Shown here one piece after another: positions 10,077 through 20,136 of a stretch of DNA of 64,000 bases. The stretch's first letter is position 1; every line of letters starts with the position of its first letter. Source of the DNA: Clostridia bacterium (GTDB lineage: Bacteria > Bacillota > Clostridia > Monoglobales > Monoglobaceae); assembly GCA_045645485.1 (NCBI GenBank), contig JAZRIX010000020.1, positions 33,681 through 97,680 of the forward strand. Direction: 5' to 3'. A program made the translations under genes and the position numbers. The notes below the pieces were generated by a model. That model was not told where the DNA came from. It worked only from the letters and a program-made list of their open reading frames with translations, and ran no database searches.

Positions 10077-11798
10077 ATGGACTATATGAATGAATATAAG
10101 CTCTGGCTTGAAAACGTAAATGAAACAGAAAAAGCTGAGCTTGAAGCAATACAAAATGACGAAAATCAAATAAAGGACAGATTCTATCAGTCTCTGGAAT
10201 TCGGAACAGCGGGTCTTCGCGGAGTTCTTGGTCTCGGTCTCAACAGAATGAACGAATACGTTGTTGCCCGTGCAACTCAGGGTCTTGCGAATCAGCTGAA
10301 GAAAACAAATCCCGATGCTGAAAACATAAGCGTTTCAATTGCATATGACAGCCGTATCAAGTCAGAAGAATTTGCAAAGGTTTCAGCCTGTGTTCTTGCG
10401 GCAAACGGAATCAAAGTACATATCTTTTCAGAATTAAAGCCCGTTCCTGAGCTTTCCTTCTCTATCCGCCACAAAAAGGCAACAGCAGGTATCGCAATAA
10501 CCGCAAGCCACAATCCAGCAAAATACAACGGCTACAAGGTTTACGGCAATGACGGTGCACAGCTCAATCCCGACCTTGCGTCAATTGTTCTTGAAGAAAT
10601 AGAAAAGACACCTATATTCGGGGGTGCAAAGCTCATAGACTTTGACGAAGGTGTAAAGCTGGGAATAATTGAAATTATGGGTGACGATGTTGAAGAAGAA
10701 TATTTGAACAATGTTCAAATGCAATGTATGAATCCTGATCTTGTACGTGAAAAAGGAAAAGAACTCAAATTTGTTTATACTCCCTTCCACGGAACGGGAA
10801 ACAAACCCGTAAGAAAAATACTTAACCGTATAGGCTTTGAAAACGTAATTATAGTAAAAGAACAGGAAAACCCTGACGGCAACTTTCCGACAGTAAAATC
10901 ACCCAATCCGGAAAATAAAGAAGGCTTTGAAATTGCAATAAAGCTTGCAAAGGAAAACGGTGCTGACCTTATTATAGGAACAGACCCCGATGCCGACAGA
11001 GTAGGTATTCTTGTGCGTAATGAAGAAGGCGAATATACCGTTCTCACAGGAAATCAGACGGGTGTTCTTCTCACCGAATATATTCTCAGTATGAGAAAGG
11101 AAAAAGGAATCCTTCCAAAAGACGGCTATGTGGTGAAAACCATAGTTACAACAAATATAACAAAGGATATTTGTGACTTTTACGGCGTTGAAATGAAAGA
11201 AGTTCTCACAGGCTTCAAATTTATTGGTGAAAAAATAAAAGAATCCGAAGAAACAGGAATCGGAACATATCTTTTTGGCTTTGAAGAAAGCTACGGTTGC
11301 CTTGCAGGTACTTATGCAAGAGACAAGGATGCAGTTGTTGCATCAATGCTTGTTGCTGAAATGGCACTTTATTACAGAGAGCAGGGTCTGAGCCTTTATG
11401 ACCAGCTTATGAATATCTACAAAAAATACGGATACTATGACGAATTTGTTGTTTCTGTAACAATGGAAGGTATTGAAGGAATAGAAAAAATAAAATCAAT
11501 TATGGAAGAGGTAAGAAAAAATCCTCCAAAAACCGTTGGAGGAAAAAAAGTTCTTGCTGTCCGTGATTACAGTAAATCAGAACGTCTTGACCTTGAATCT
11601 CAAAAGAAAGATGAAATTCTTCTGCCAAAATCAAACGTAATTTATCTTGAGCTTGAGGACAAAAATAACTTTATTATACGTCCTTCGGGAACAGAACCAA
11701 AAATAAAGCTCTACTGTATGCTTTGCGGAAAATCTCATGAGGAAACTGAGGAGATAAAAACAAAGGTTCAGGAAGATATAAAAAACATAATAAAGTAA
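10077..11798 (+). CDS. pgcA: Phosphoglucomutase/phosphomannomutase family protein
   Basis: 573 aa with the active-site loop TASHNPAKYNGYKVY, the metal loop GTDPDADR, and GFEESYG. Confidence 0.92.
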   Translation: MDYMNEYKLWLENVNETEKAELEAIQNDENQIKDRFYQSLEFGTAGLRGVLGLGLNRMNEYVVARATQGLANQLKKTNPDAENISVSIAYDSRIKSEEFAKVSACVLAANGIKVHIFSELKPVPELSFSIRHKKATAGIAITASHNPAKYNGYKVYGNDGAQLNPDLASIVLEEIEKTPIFGGAKLIDFDEGVKLGIIEIMGDDVEEEYLNNVQMQCMNPDLVREKGKELKFVYTPFHGTGNKPVRKILNRIGFENVIIVKEQENPDGNFPTVKSPNPENKEGFEIAIKLAKENGADLIIGTDPDADRVGILVRNEEGEYTVLTGNQTGVLLTEYILSMRKEKGILPKDGYVVKTIVTTNITKDICDFYGVEMKEVLTGFKFIGEKIKESEETGIGTYLFGFEESYGCLAGTYARDKDAVVASMLVAEMALYYREQGLSLYDQLMNIYKKYGYYDEFVVSVTMEGIEGIEKIKSIMEEVRKNPPKTVGGKKVLAVRDYSKSERLDLESQKKDEILLPKSNVIYLELEDKNNFIIRPSGTEPKIKLYCMLCGKSHEETEEIKTKVQEDIKNIIK

Positions 11799-11829
11799 TA
11801 ATAATTTTTTACTTATTTATAAATAGTAA

Positions 11830-11851
11830 GGGCGGGGATAAAACCCCGCCC
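11830..11851. terminator. Bidirectional Rho-independent terminator between convergent pgcA and fruK
   Basis: Stem gggcgggg/ccccgccc with a 6-nt loop, flanked by A/T-rich runs on both sides. Confidence 0.75.
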
Positions 11852-11871
11852 ATTTGTTATAGTTATAAATA

Positions 11872-12795
11872 TTACATTATACATAATTTTTCTGATATTT
11901 CATCATAAAGCTTCACAGCATCCTCTTTTTGTGCAAAGCCCTGAGAAAAAGCAGTTGCACTTCCGCAGGAAAGACCAAAAACAAAAGCTTTTTCCAAATC
12001 CTTTGAAATTCCGTATTCAAACAAAAATCCCGCAACCACAGAATCTCCTGCACCCGTGGAATTGACAAGCATGCCCTTTGGTGACGGACAAAAATAAGCT
12101 TTTCCTTCTTCACTCAAAAAAGCTCCTCCGTCCTTTCCCATAGAAACAATTATGTTTTGTGCTCCCATATTCTGAAGCTTTTTTGCAGCCTCTATAATCT
12201 TTTCTTTTGAATCAAGCTTCTCACCAATAATCTCTTCAAGCTCAAAATTGTTTGGTTTTATCAAAAAAGGTCTGTACTTCAGTGTATTTTTCAAAAGCTC
12301 CTTTTCTGCATCCACAACAAAATGTATATTCTTTGAAGAAAGCTTTTTCATTATATCAGCATAAAAATCTTTTCCAAACCCCAAAGGTATACTTCCCGCA
12401 AGAACAAGAGTATCTCCGTCCTTCAATTCTTCAAGCTTTTTTTCAAGACATTTTATCTCCTTTTTCGAAACAAAGGGTCCGGGAGAATTAATTTCGGTTT
12501 CCTTTTCATCCTTCAGCTTCAGATTTATTCTTGAAATGCCATCTTCAAGCTGAACAAAATCAGTTTTTATTCCCTGACTTTTCAACTCATCTTCAATAAA
12601 CCTTCCCGTAAAGCCTCCCAAAAAACCAAGTGCACAGCTTTCTCTACCCATATTCTTGAGAACCACAGAAACATTTATTCCCTTGCCTCCTGCAACAAAG
12701 GCTTCACTTTTGCTACGGTTAACCGCACCAATATTCAGGTTTTCAATTTCTGATATATAATCAATAGAAGGATTCAGAGTTAATGTGTAGATCAT
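11872..12795 (-). CDS. fruK: 1-phosphofructokinase / PfkB-family sugar kinase
   Basis: MIYTLTLNPSIDY is the usual FruK N-terminus, and the C-terminal motif is NSTGAGDSVVAGF. The ORF track extends to a GTG at 12846, with no RBS and 17 extra residues. An ATG at 12807 is also possible. Confidence 0.85.
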   Translation of the reverse strand: MIYTLTLNPSIDYISEIENLNIGAVNRSKSEAFVAGGKGINVSVVLKNMGRESCALGFLGGFTGRFIEDELKSQGIKTDFVQLEDGISRINLKLKDEKETEINSPGPFVSKKEIKCLEKKLEELKDGDTLVLAGSIPLGFGKDFYADIMKKLSSKNIHFVVDAEKELLKNTLKYRPFLIKPNNFELEEIIGEKLDSKEKIIEAAKKLQNMGAQNIIVSMGKDGGAFLSEEGKAYFCPSPKGMLVNSTGAGDSVVAGFLFEYGISKDLEKAFVFGLSCGSATAFSQGFAQKEDAVKLYDEISEKLCIM

Positions 12796-12855
12796 ATTAA
12801 TTTCCATAGCCTTTCTGCCGCAGGCAGGATTAACGTGATTTTTCACGTTAATCTC

Positions 12856-13422
12856 TCACACAAAAAACAAATGTTCGATCAAAATTTTCAGTCCTATTAT
12901 AATAAGAACACTGCCGCCAAATATCTCTGCTTTTTCTCTCAGAAATTTTCCGACAGTTTTTCCTATATAAACTCCTGTAAAACTCAATACCAGAGTTATA
13001 ACACAAATAACAACTGCAGCATTAATTATATTTATACCCAGAGCTGCAAAGGTAACACCCATCGCAAGAGCATCAATACTTGTTGCAACAGCCTGAAAAA
13101 AAAGCTCTTTTACCGTCAGATTTTTACATTCACATTCCTCAGGATTTTTTATGGCTGATATTGCTTCCTTTATCATATTAAAGCCTATAAGCGAAAGAAT
13201 AACAAAAGCAATCCAATGGTCAACACTTTTTATCAGCTCCGAAAAAATTATTCCTGCATAATAACCTATAAGAGGCATTATTCCCTGAGCAATGCCAAAA
13301 AAAAGTCCTACCTTCAAGGCATCAGAAAATTTTATTTTTTTCAGACACATTCCGTTTGTTATTGAAACCGAAAATGCATCCATAGCAAGACTCAATCCTG
13401 AAAACAGTACAGTAAGATACAT
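12856..13422 (-). CDS. mntP: Manganese efflux pump MntP (DUF204)
   Basis: 188-aa membrane protein. The sequence MDAFSVSI...GIAQGIMPLIGY is repeated as TSIDALAMGVTF, the duplicated DUF204 motif. Confidence 0.85.
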   Translation of the reverse strand: MYLTVLFSGLSLAMDAFSVSITNGMCLKKIKFSDALKVGLFFGIAQGIMPLIGYYAGIIFSELIKSVDHWIAFVILSLIGFNMIKEAISAIKNPEECECKNLTVKELFFQAVATSIDALAMGVTFAALGINIINAAVVICVITLVLSFTGVYIGKTVGKFLREKAEIFGGSVLIIIGLKILIEHLFFV

Positions 13423-13440
13423 ATATAAATTACTTCCTTT

Positions 13441-14199
13441 TTATTTTTTTATTTTGTTTGCACGTCTCGGAAACTGCGAAGAAGTTTCTTTTATCTTTTC
13501 AATAATAACTATTTTTCTAACAATATCCGACTGCGGAATTTTTACTTCTTTTATATCAGTTATTTTTCCGCCCAAAGAACCTATCATTGCCTTTGCGTCA
13601 TCAATTTCTTCATCAACCTCAAACTGTTTGAATGCAGCAAATATTCCGCCCACCTTTACAAAAGGAAGACAATATTCACACAGAACCTTCAGATTTGCAA
13701 CAGCACGCGAAACAGCACAGTCATACTTTTCACGGTACTTTTTGTCTCTTCCTGCCTCCTCTGCTCTTGCATGTACAAATTCTGCATTTTGAAAGGAAAG
13801 TTCACTTGACACTTCACGCAAAAAGCCTATTCTTTTATTAAGTGAATCCATAAAGGTAAAATCAAGGTCACTTCTCATAATTTTTATGGGAACACCGGGA
13901 AAGCCTGCACCTGTTCCAACATCAATAACCTTTGAACCTTCACGTATATCAATTGCACTAAGAGGAACAACACTGTCAAGAAAGTGCTTGACCGAAATAC
14001 CGTCAGGATCGGTTACAGCCGTAAGATTCATTTTTTCGTTCCATTCAACAAGAAGCTGTGAGAACTTTTCAAACTTTTCAATTTTTTCTTCATTTATATC
14101 AAAACCGCTCTCCAAAAGACCGTTTTTTAATATTTCTTTATTCATATCTTTTTCTGCCTTATAAAAATCAGATTTTTCGCTATGTCCCAGAATAACCAA
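13441..14199 (-). CDS. rsmG: 16S rRNA (guanine527-N7)-methyltransferase RsmG/GidB
   Basis: Contains WNEKMNLTAV and the SAM motif VIDVGTGAGFPGVPIKI. The start is uncertain: TTG at 14199 (AAAGGTGAG just upstream) or ATG at 14145 (MNKEILKNG, giving a more typical 234 aa). Confidence 0.88.
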   Translation of the reverse strand: MVILGHSEKSDFYKAEKDMNKEILKNGLLESGFDINEEKIEKFEKFSQLLVEWNEKMNLTAVTDPDGISVKHFLDSVVPLSAIDIREGSKVIDVGTGAGFPGVPIKIMRSDLDFTFMDSLNKRIGFLREVSSELSFQNAEFVHARAEEAGRDKKYREKYDCAVSRAVANLKVLCEYCLPFVKVGGIFAAFKQFEVDEEIDDAKAMIGSLGGKITDIKEVKIPQSDIVRKIVIIEKIKETSSQFPRRANKIKK

Positions 14200-14220
14200 G
14201 ACTCACCTTTACATAAAATC

Positions 14221-14246
14221 GTCACCCTGAGCAAAGACGAAGGGTC
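14221..14246 (+). repeat. Single family-1 hairpin module
   Basis: gtcaccctgagcaaagacgaagggtc, lying between the ferredoxin stop and the rsmG start. Confidence 0.75.
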
Positions 14247-14274
14247 TATTACATTTTTTTATAACTAAAAATTA

Positions 14275-14306
14275 AAAGAGAGTACAACTGACGCAGCACT
14301 CTCTTT
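14275..14306 (-). terminator. Terminator candidate for the ferredoxin gene
   Basis: On the minus strand the stem is aaagagagt/actctcttt with a 14-nt loop, followed by a T-rich run. Confidence 0.5.
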
Positions 14307-14324
14307 AAAAAATTTTGAATTTTA

Positions 14325-14492
14325 TTATGCCTGAGGAGCGTCTACGGGACAAGCACCTGCACAGCTGCCGCAATCAATGCAAGCATCAGCGTCAATAACG
14401 TACTTTCCATCACCCTCAGAAATTGCATCTACGGGACATTCGCCAACGCAAGCACCGCACATGATGCAATCATCACTAATTGTATAAGCCAT
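14325..14492 (-). CDS. fdx: Clostridial-type 2x[4Fe-4S] ferredoxin (55 aa)
   Basis: Hand translation gives MAYTISDDCIMCGACVGECPVDAISEGDGKYVIDADACIDCGSACGACPVDAPQA-like sequence with two CxxCxxCxxxCP motifs (CIMCGACVGECP and CIDCGSCAGACP). A GAGGTG RBS lies 7 nt upstream. It is below the ORF-track length cutoff. Confidence 0.9.
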   Translation of the reverse strand: MAYTISDDCIMCGACVGECPVDAISEGDGKYVIDADACIDCGSCAGACPVDAPQA

Positions 14493-14545
14493 TTTTTTCA
14501 CCTCTTATATGTAATATAGTTATGATGCCATATCATCACAATCAT

Positions 14546-14574
14546 ATAATATATTATTTTAAACAATTTGTCAA
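14546..14574 (-). promoter_or_regulatory. Sigma-A type promoter candidate for the ferredoxin gene
   Basis: On the minus strand: TTGACA (14574-14569), a 17-nt spacer, then TATTAT (14551-14546). Confidence 0.45.
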
Positions 14575-14602
14575 TAAAAAATTTATTTCAATAAACTAAA
14601 AG

Positions 14603-14611
14603 TTATCCACA
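14603..14611 (+). promoter_or_regulatory. Perfect DnaA box TTATCCACA
   Basis: Exact 9-mer consensus. Confidence 0.8.
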
Positions 14612-14972
14612 CAATTCTACTGATAACTTTTTTACTGAAAGTGAATAATTTTTTCTAATTTCTCTGTTTGTGGATTATGTTTATAACTTTTCACACTTAT
14701 CAACATAGATTTAAACATAATCTTTTCCTTTTATATCAACCGTTTCAAAGGTTTTTCACATTATCAACAGCACCTACAATAACTACAACAACACAAATAA
14801 TATATATTATATTTATATTATAAAAATTTTTTTACAACACTTTTTTATTTAAAAATCGCAACCATAAAAAAAAAGACTGTTTTTTTTCTTTTTATATACT
14901 TCTTTTTTAACCTTTTCAAAAGACCATTTACTGTAAAAATAAAAAAAACCCCCCATAAATCGCAAAAAATGA

Positions 14973-15001
14973 TTGATTTTATTACCCACATATGTTATAA
15001 T
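14973..15001 (+). promoter_or_regulatory. Sigma-A type promoter candidate for dnaN
   Basis: TTGATT (14973-14978), a 17-nt spacer containing the TTACCCACA DnaA-like box, then an extended -10 TGtTATAAT (14993-15001). Confidence 0.55.
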
Positions 15002-15053
15002 ATAATCGGCTGAAAAGGATAATATTTTAACCGAAGAAAGGGATTTTTCAAAA

Positions 15054-16160
15054 ATGAACATAATATGCAACAAAAATATATTAAACGAAGCAATCAGTGT
15101 TGTTTCAAAAGCAGTTTCTTCACATTCAAACTTTCCCATACTTGAAGGTATTCTCATAAGAGCCGATATTGAAGGAAATCTTACTTTTGTTTCAAATGAT
15201 ATGGAAATGGGAATTGAAGCAAAAACCGAGGCGCGTGTTATCAAACCCGGTCAGACTGTTCTCAATGCAAAGATGCTTGGAAATATTGTGAAAAACCTTC
15301 CTTTGGATGAAGTTTATATAGAAACAAACGAAATCAATTTCTGTACCATAAGAAGCGGAAATGCAAAGTTTGAGATTATGGGTCTCAATCCTCTTGATTT
15401 TCCTGAGCTTCCTCAGGTTGATCCTGAATATTCAATAAAGGTAAAAAGCAATTCGCTGAAAGAAATGATTTCAAAAACAATTTTCTGTACATCCCTCAGC
15501 GAAAACAGACCTGTTCTCAAAGGATGTCTTGTCGAAATCCAAGGTTCTACCATAAAAATGATTGCAACAGACAGCTTCAAGCTTGCTGTGAGAACATATC
15601 ATCTTGATACAGAATATCCGGAAAAGAGATTTATTATTCCCGGAAAGACTCTGGGTGAAATCTCAAAGGTCATAAAAGACGGTGATGAGCTTGTTGAGAT
15701 AAACTGTACATCAAAAAATGCAGTTTTCATTTTTGACAACTGCAGGATTGTTACCCGTCTTATTGAAGGCGAATATCTCAAGTACGAAAGTGCAATCTAC
15801 AACGATGCTGAAATAGAAATAACCTGTCCTCTTTATGAGCTTTATGACAGTGTTTACCGTGCATCTCTTATTATAAACGGAAACTCCAATGATGCTCCCG
15901 TAAAACTGAAAATTATGGAAAACAATATCAATGTCTCCTGCGAAACAATTATAGGAAACGTTGATGATAATATCAGTGTTGAGACGGGTGAAGCAAATCT
16001 TGAAATAGGTTTCTTTAATGAATTTCTTATTGATGTGCTGAGAGCCTGCGATGACGAAACTGTAAAGATAAAATTCAAGAAAAATATCAATCCTATGATA
16101 ATAACTCCTGTTGAAGGAGACGAATATCTCTATCTTCTTCTTCCGAGAAAGCTCAAATAA
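15054..16160 (+). CDS. dnaN: DNA polymerase III beta sliding clamp
   Basis: 368 aa starting MNIICNKNILNEAISVVSKAVSSHSNFPILEGILI. It has the typical three-domain length and sits in conserved synteny with recF and gyrB. Confidence 0.96.
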   Translation: MNIICNKNILNEAISVVSKAVSSHSNFPILEGILIRADIEGNLTFVSNDMEMGIEAKTEARVIKPGQTVLNAKMLGNIVKNLPLDEVYIETNEINFCTIRSGNAKFEIMGLNPLDFPELPQVDPEYSIKVKSNSLKEMISKTIFCTSLSENRPVLKGCLVEIQGSTIKMIATDSFKLAVRTYHLDTEYPEKRFIIPGKTLGEISKVIKDGDELVEINCTSKNAVFIFDNCRIVTRLIEGEYLKYESAIYNDAEIEITCPLYELYDSVYRASLIINGNSNDAPVKLKIMENNINVSCETIIGNVDDNISVETGEANLEIGFFNEFLIDVLRACDDETVKIKFKKNINPMIITPVEGDEYLYLLLPRKLK

Positions 16161-17266
16161 TGATTGTAAAAGACATAGAATTTTGTAATTTCAGAAATTA
16201 CAAAAAAGAAAAAATAGAATTTCACGAAAAACTGAATATAATCTACGGTAACAATGCTCAGGGAAAAACAAATATCCTTGAGGGAATATATCTTTTTTCT
16301 CTGGGAAAGTCAAACCGTGCTTCAAAGGATTTTGAAATGATAAGATTCGGTGAAGAATGTGCTGAAATCCTGATGAACTTTATTTCAAAAGAAAATGAAA
16401 CAAGCGGAGAAGTTGTTATAGACAGAAGAAAAAGAAAAAAAGTTCTCATAAACGAGATTCCCGTCAAGAAAAACAGCGATTTGGTCGGAAAGTTCAATGT
16501 TGTTTTTTTCGGACCCGAATATCTAAGTCTTATCCGTGAAGGACCGAAGAAAAGGCGTAAAAATATTGATATAATGATAAGTCAGCTGAAAATCGGTTAT
16601 GTAAATGTTCTTGCAGATTACAAAAAGCTGATTGAACAGAAAAACAGTCTTCTGAAAGAAGATTTTCCTGACAAGCTTCTTCTTTCGGTAATAAATGAAA
16701 AAATAAAAGAAATGTCGGTTTATATAATAAAAAACCGTTACGAATATATAAAAAAGATTGAAAAAATAGCAAAAAAAATTCAGCTTGATATTTCTCAGGG
16801 AAAAGAAGAACTGAAGATGGATTATGTATCCTGTGGTTTGAATATTGATGAAAAAATAATAGAAAATCTCGAAAAAAAGCTTTTTGAAAAAGCTGATGAA
16901 GTTTTTTTGAGGGAAATGAGATACAGAGAATCTATATTCGGTCCGCACCGTGATGATATAGAATTCAAAATAAACGGTGAGGATTTGAAGCTTTTCGGGT
17001 CTCAGGGTCAGCAGAAAACTGCAATTCTTGTTCAGAAGATTGCAGAAGTCGAACTTTTTCGTGAAGAAATAGGTGAATATCCTGTTCTGCTTCTTGATGA
17101 TATAATGAGCGAGCTGGACAGCATCCGTCAGGATTATATTCTCAACAAGCTTCGTAATATGCAGATTTTTATTACCTGTACGGACAGAGAAAAATTTTCT
17201 GAAATGACCTCGGGAAAGTTTATAAAAATAGAAAAAGGAAGTGTTTCTGAATGTACCTGCATTTAG
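16160..17266 (+). CDS. recF: DNA replication and repair protein RecF
   Basis: 368 aa with the Walker A GNNAQGKTNILE, the signature GSQGQQKT and the Walker B LLLDDIMSELD. Its start overlaps the dnaN stop (TAATG). Confidence 0.96.
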   Translation: MIVKDIEFCNFRNYKKEKIEFHEKLNIIYGNNAQGKTNILEGIYLFSLGKSNRASKDFEMIRFGEECAEILMNFISKENETSGEVVIDRRKRKKVLINEIPVKKNSDLVGKFNVVFFGPEYLSLIREGPKKRRKNIDIMISQLKIGYVNVLADYKKLIEQKNSLLKEDFPDKLLLSVINEKIKEMSVYIIKNRYEYIKKIEKIAKKIQLDISQGKEELKMDYVSCGLNIDEKIIENLEKKLFEKADEVFLREMRYRESIFGPHRDDIEFKINGEDLKLFGSQGQQKTAILVQKIAEVELFREEIGEYPVLLLDDIMSELDSIRQDYILNKLRNMQIFITCTDREKFSEMTSGKFIKIEKGSVSECTCI

Positions 17267-17511
17267 GCTGTGATACAGTTGTGAACACAAAAAATATAAT
17301 ATCAATTCTTGATCTTGAAAGTACCTCAATTTCAAAATATTCAAAAGAGTTTTTGAAAATAGTTGAGGAAGAAGGCTTTGTGAGAAATGTTTCTGAAGAA
17401 ATTCCAAAGTCCTTTGTTATATGTGAGGAAGACGGTCAGTCGGTAGTTTATATTACAAATATCTCAACAAAGGCTCTTGCGGGAAGAATAAAGAAATACA
17501 AAGAGATTTGA
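17251..17511 (+). CDS. remB: DUF370 / RemB (YaaB)-like small protein
   Basis: 86 aa starting MYLHLGCDTVVNTKNIISILDLE, which resembles B. subtilis YaaB/RemB. It occupies the conserved position between recF and gyrB. Confidence 0.8.
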   Translation: MYLHLGCDTVVNTKNIISILDLESTSISKYSKEFLKIVEEEGFVRNVSEEIPKSFVICEEDGQSVVYITNISTKALAGRIKKYKEI

Positions 17512-17546
17512 TTTAAAAACTCCCCAATTTCGGGTCAGAAAGGTAA

Positions 17547-19490
<1,944 letters not shown>

Positions 19491-19516
19491 GACTAATGAC
19501 AAACGATAAATTCAAG

Positions 19517-19658
19517 GCATGCTGAGCCTGTCGAAGGATAAAGTAAGGTCATGCTGAGCCTGTCGGAGCATCTATAAAAAAATAAACAAGATGTTTCGAC
19601 TTCGCCTGCGGCTTCGCTCAACATGACATAACGTCACCCTGAGTTTGTCGAAGGGTCT
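19517..19658 (+). repeat. Composite repeat A upstream of the GIY-YIG gene (four family-1 modules)
   Basis: The modules lie at 19517-19540, 19548-19572, 19590-19627 (inverted, long variant) and 19633-19657. The core 19548-19658 is near-identical to 19995-20104. Confidence 0.9.
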
Positions 19659-19667
19659 GAAAAGAGA

Positions 19668-19919
19668 ATGTTTATTATGTTTTATGTTTATATGCTAACA
19701 AATTATAATAATAATGTATTATATATTGGTGTGACAAACAATCTTGAAAGGCGTTTGTATGAACATAAAAATAAAATAATAAAGGGGTTTACTGAAAAAT
19801 ACAATCTAAATAAACTGGTTTATTATGAAACATCTGATACTCCTGAAGATGCTATAAAAAGAGAAAAACAACTTAAGGGATGGAAAAGAGAAAAAAGAAT
19901 AAACTTATTGAATCATTAA
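19668..19919 (+). CDS. Minimal GIY-YIG nuclease domain protein (UPF0213/YhbQ-like)
   Basis: 83 aa with FYVYMLTN..NVLYIGVTNNLERRLYEHK (GIY...YIG...R...E pattern) and the tail REKQLKGWKREKR, typical of the small stand-alone GIY-YIG family. An alternative ATG lies at 19677. Confidence 0.85.
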   Translation: MFIMFYVYMLTNYNNNVLYIGVTNNLERRLYEHKNKIIKGFTEKYNLNKLVYYETSDTPEDAIKREKQLKGWKREKRINLLNH

Positions 19920-19961
19920 ATCCAAGTTGGGAAGATTTATCAAGTAATTGGTAAAAGTATA

Positions 19962-20104
19962 GTCATCCTGAGCGTAGTCGAAAGATAAAGTATAGTCATG
20001 CTGAGCCTGTCGGAGCATCTATAAAAAACAAATAAGATGTTTCGACTTCGCCTGCGGCTTCGCTCAACATGACATAACGTCACCCTGAGCCTGTCGAAGG
20101 GTCT
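19962..20104 (+). repeat. Composite repeat B downstream of the GIY-YIG gene (four family-1 modules)
   Basis: The modules lie at 19962-19986, 19995-20019, 20036-20073 (inverted, long variant) and 20079-20103. The order and orientation match repeat A. Confidence 0.9.
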
Positions 20105-20136
20105 AAAAAGAATAAAAAGAATAAAGGTGTAAAACT

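Larger units (their letters stand above)
14493..15053. other. oriC: Probable chromosomal replication origin (oriC): DnaA-box cluster plus AT-rich unwinding region
   Basis: A 560-bp non-coding gap upstream of dnaN. It has one perfect DnaA box, TTATCCACA (14603-14611). One-mismatch boxes lie at 14668-14676 (complement TAATCCACA), 14697-14705 and 14761-14769 (TTATCAACA), and 14982-14990 (TTACCCACA). Long A/T tracts run from about 14790 to 14960. Gene orientation switches from minus to plus here. Confidence 0.7.

Noticed and set aside
12847-13440. Expected yybP-ykoY manganese riboswitch upstream of mntP
   Set aside because: Only 18 nt separate the mntP start (13422) from the rsmG stop (13441), so there is no room for a riboswitch. 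mntP is probably co-transcribed with rsmG.
14849-15244. 131-aa minus-strand ORF spanning the origin region and the dnaN start
   Set aside because: It runs through A/T homopolymer tracts and the dnaN promoter, RBS and N-terminus. Its translation is low complexity, so it is not credible as a gene.
16523-17407. 294-aa minus-strand ORF antisense to recF and remB
   Set aside because: Its Phe/Tyr/Lys/Ile-rich translation comes from an AT-rich antisense frame and overlaps two well-supported plus-strand genes.
19517-20104. Possibility that the clustered short repeats are a CRISPR array
   Set aside because: The modules are in mixed orientation, their spacing is irregular (8-18 nt or a whole gene), and the repeat sequence varies in a compensatory way. 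No cas genes are present. The pattern fits REP-like elements, not CRISPR.
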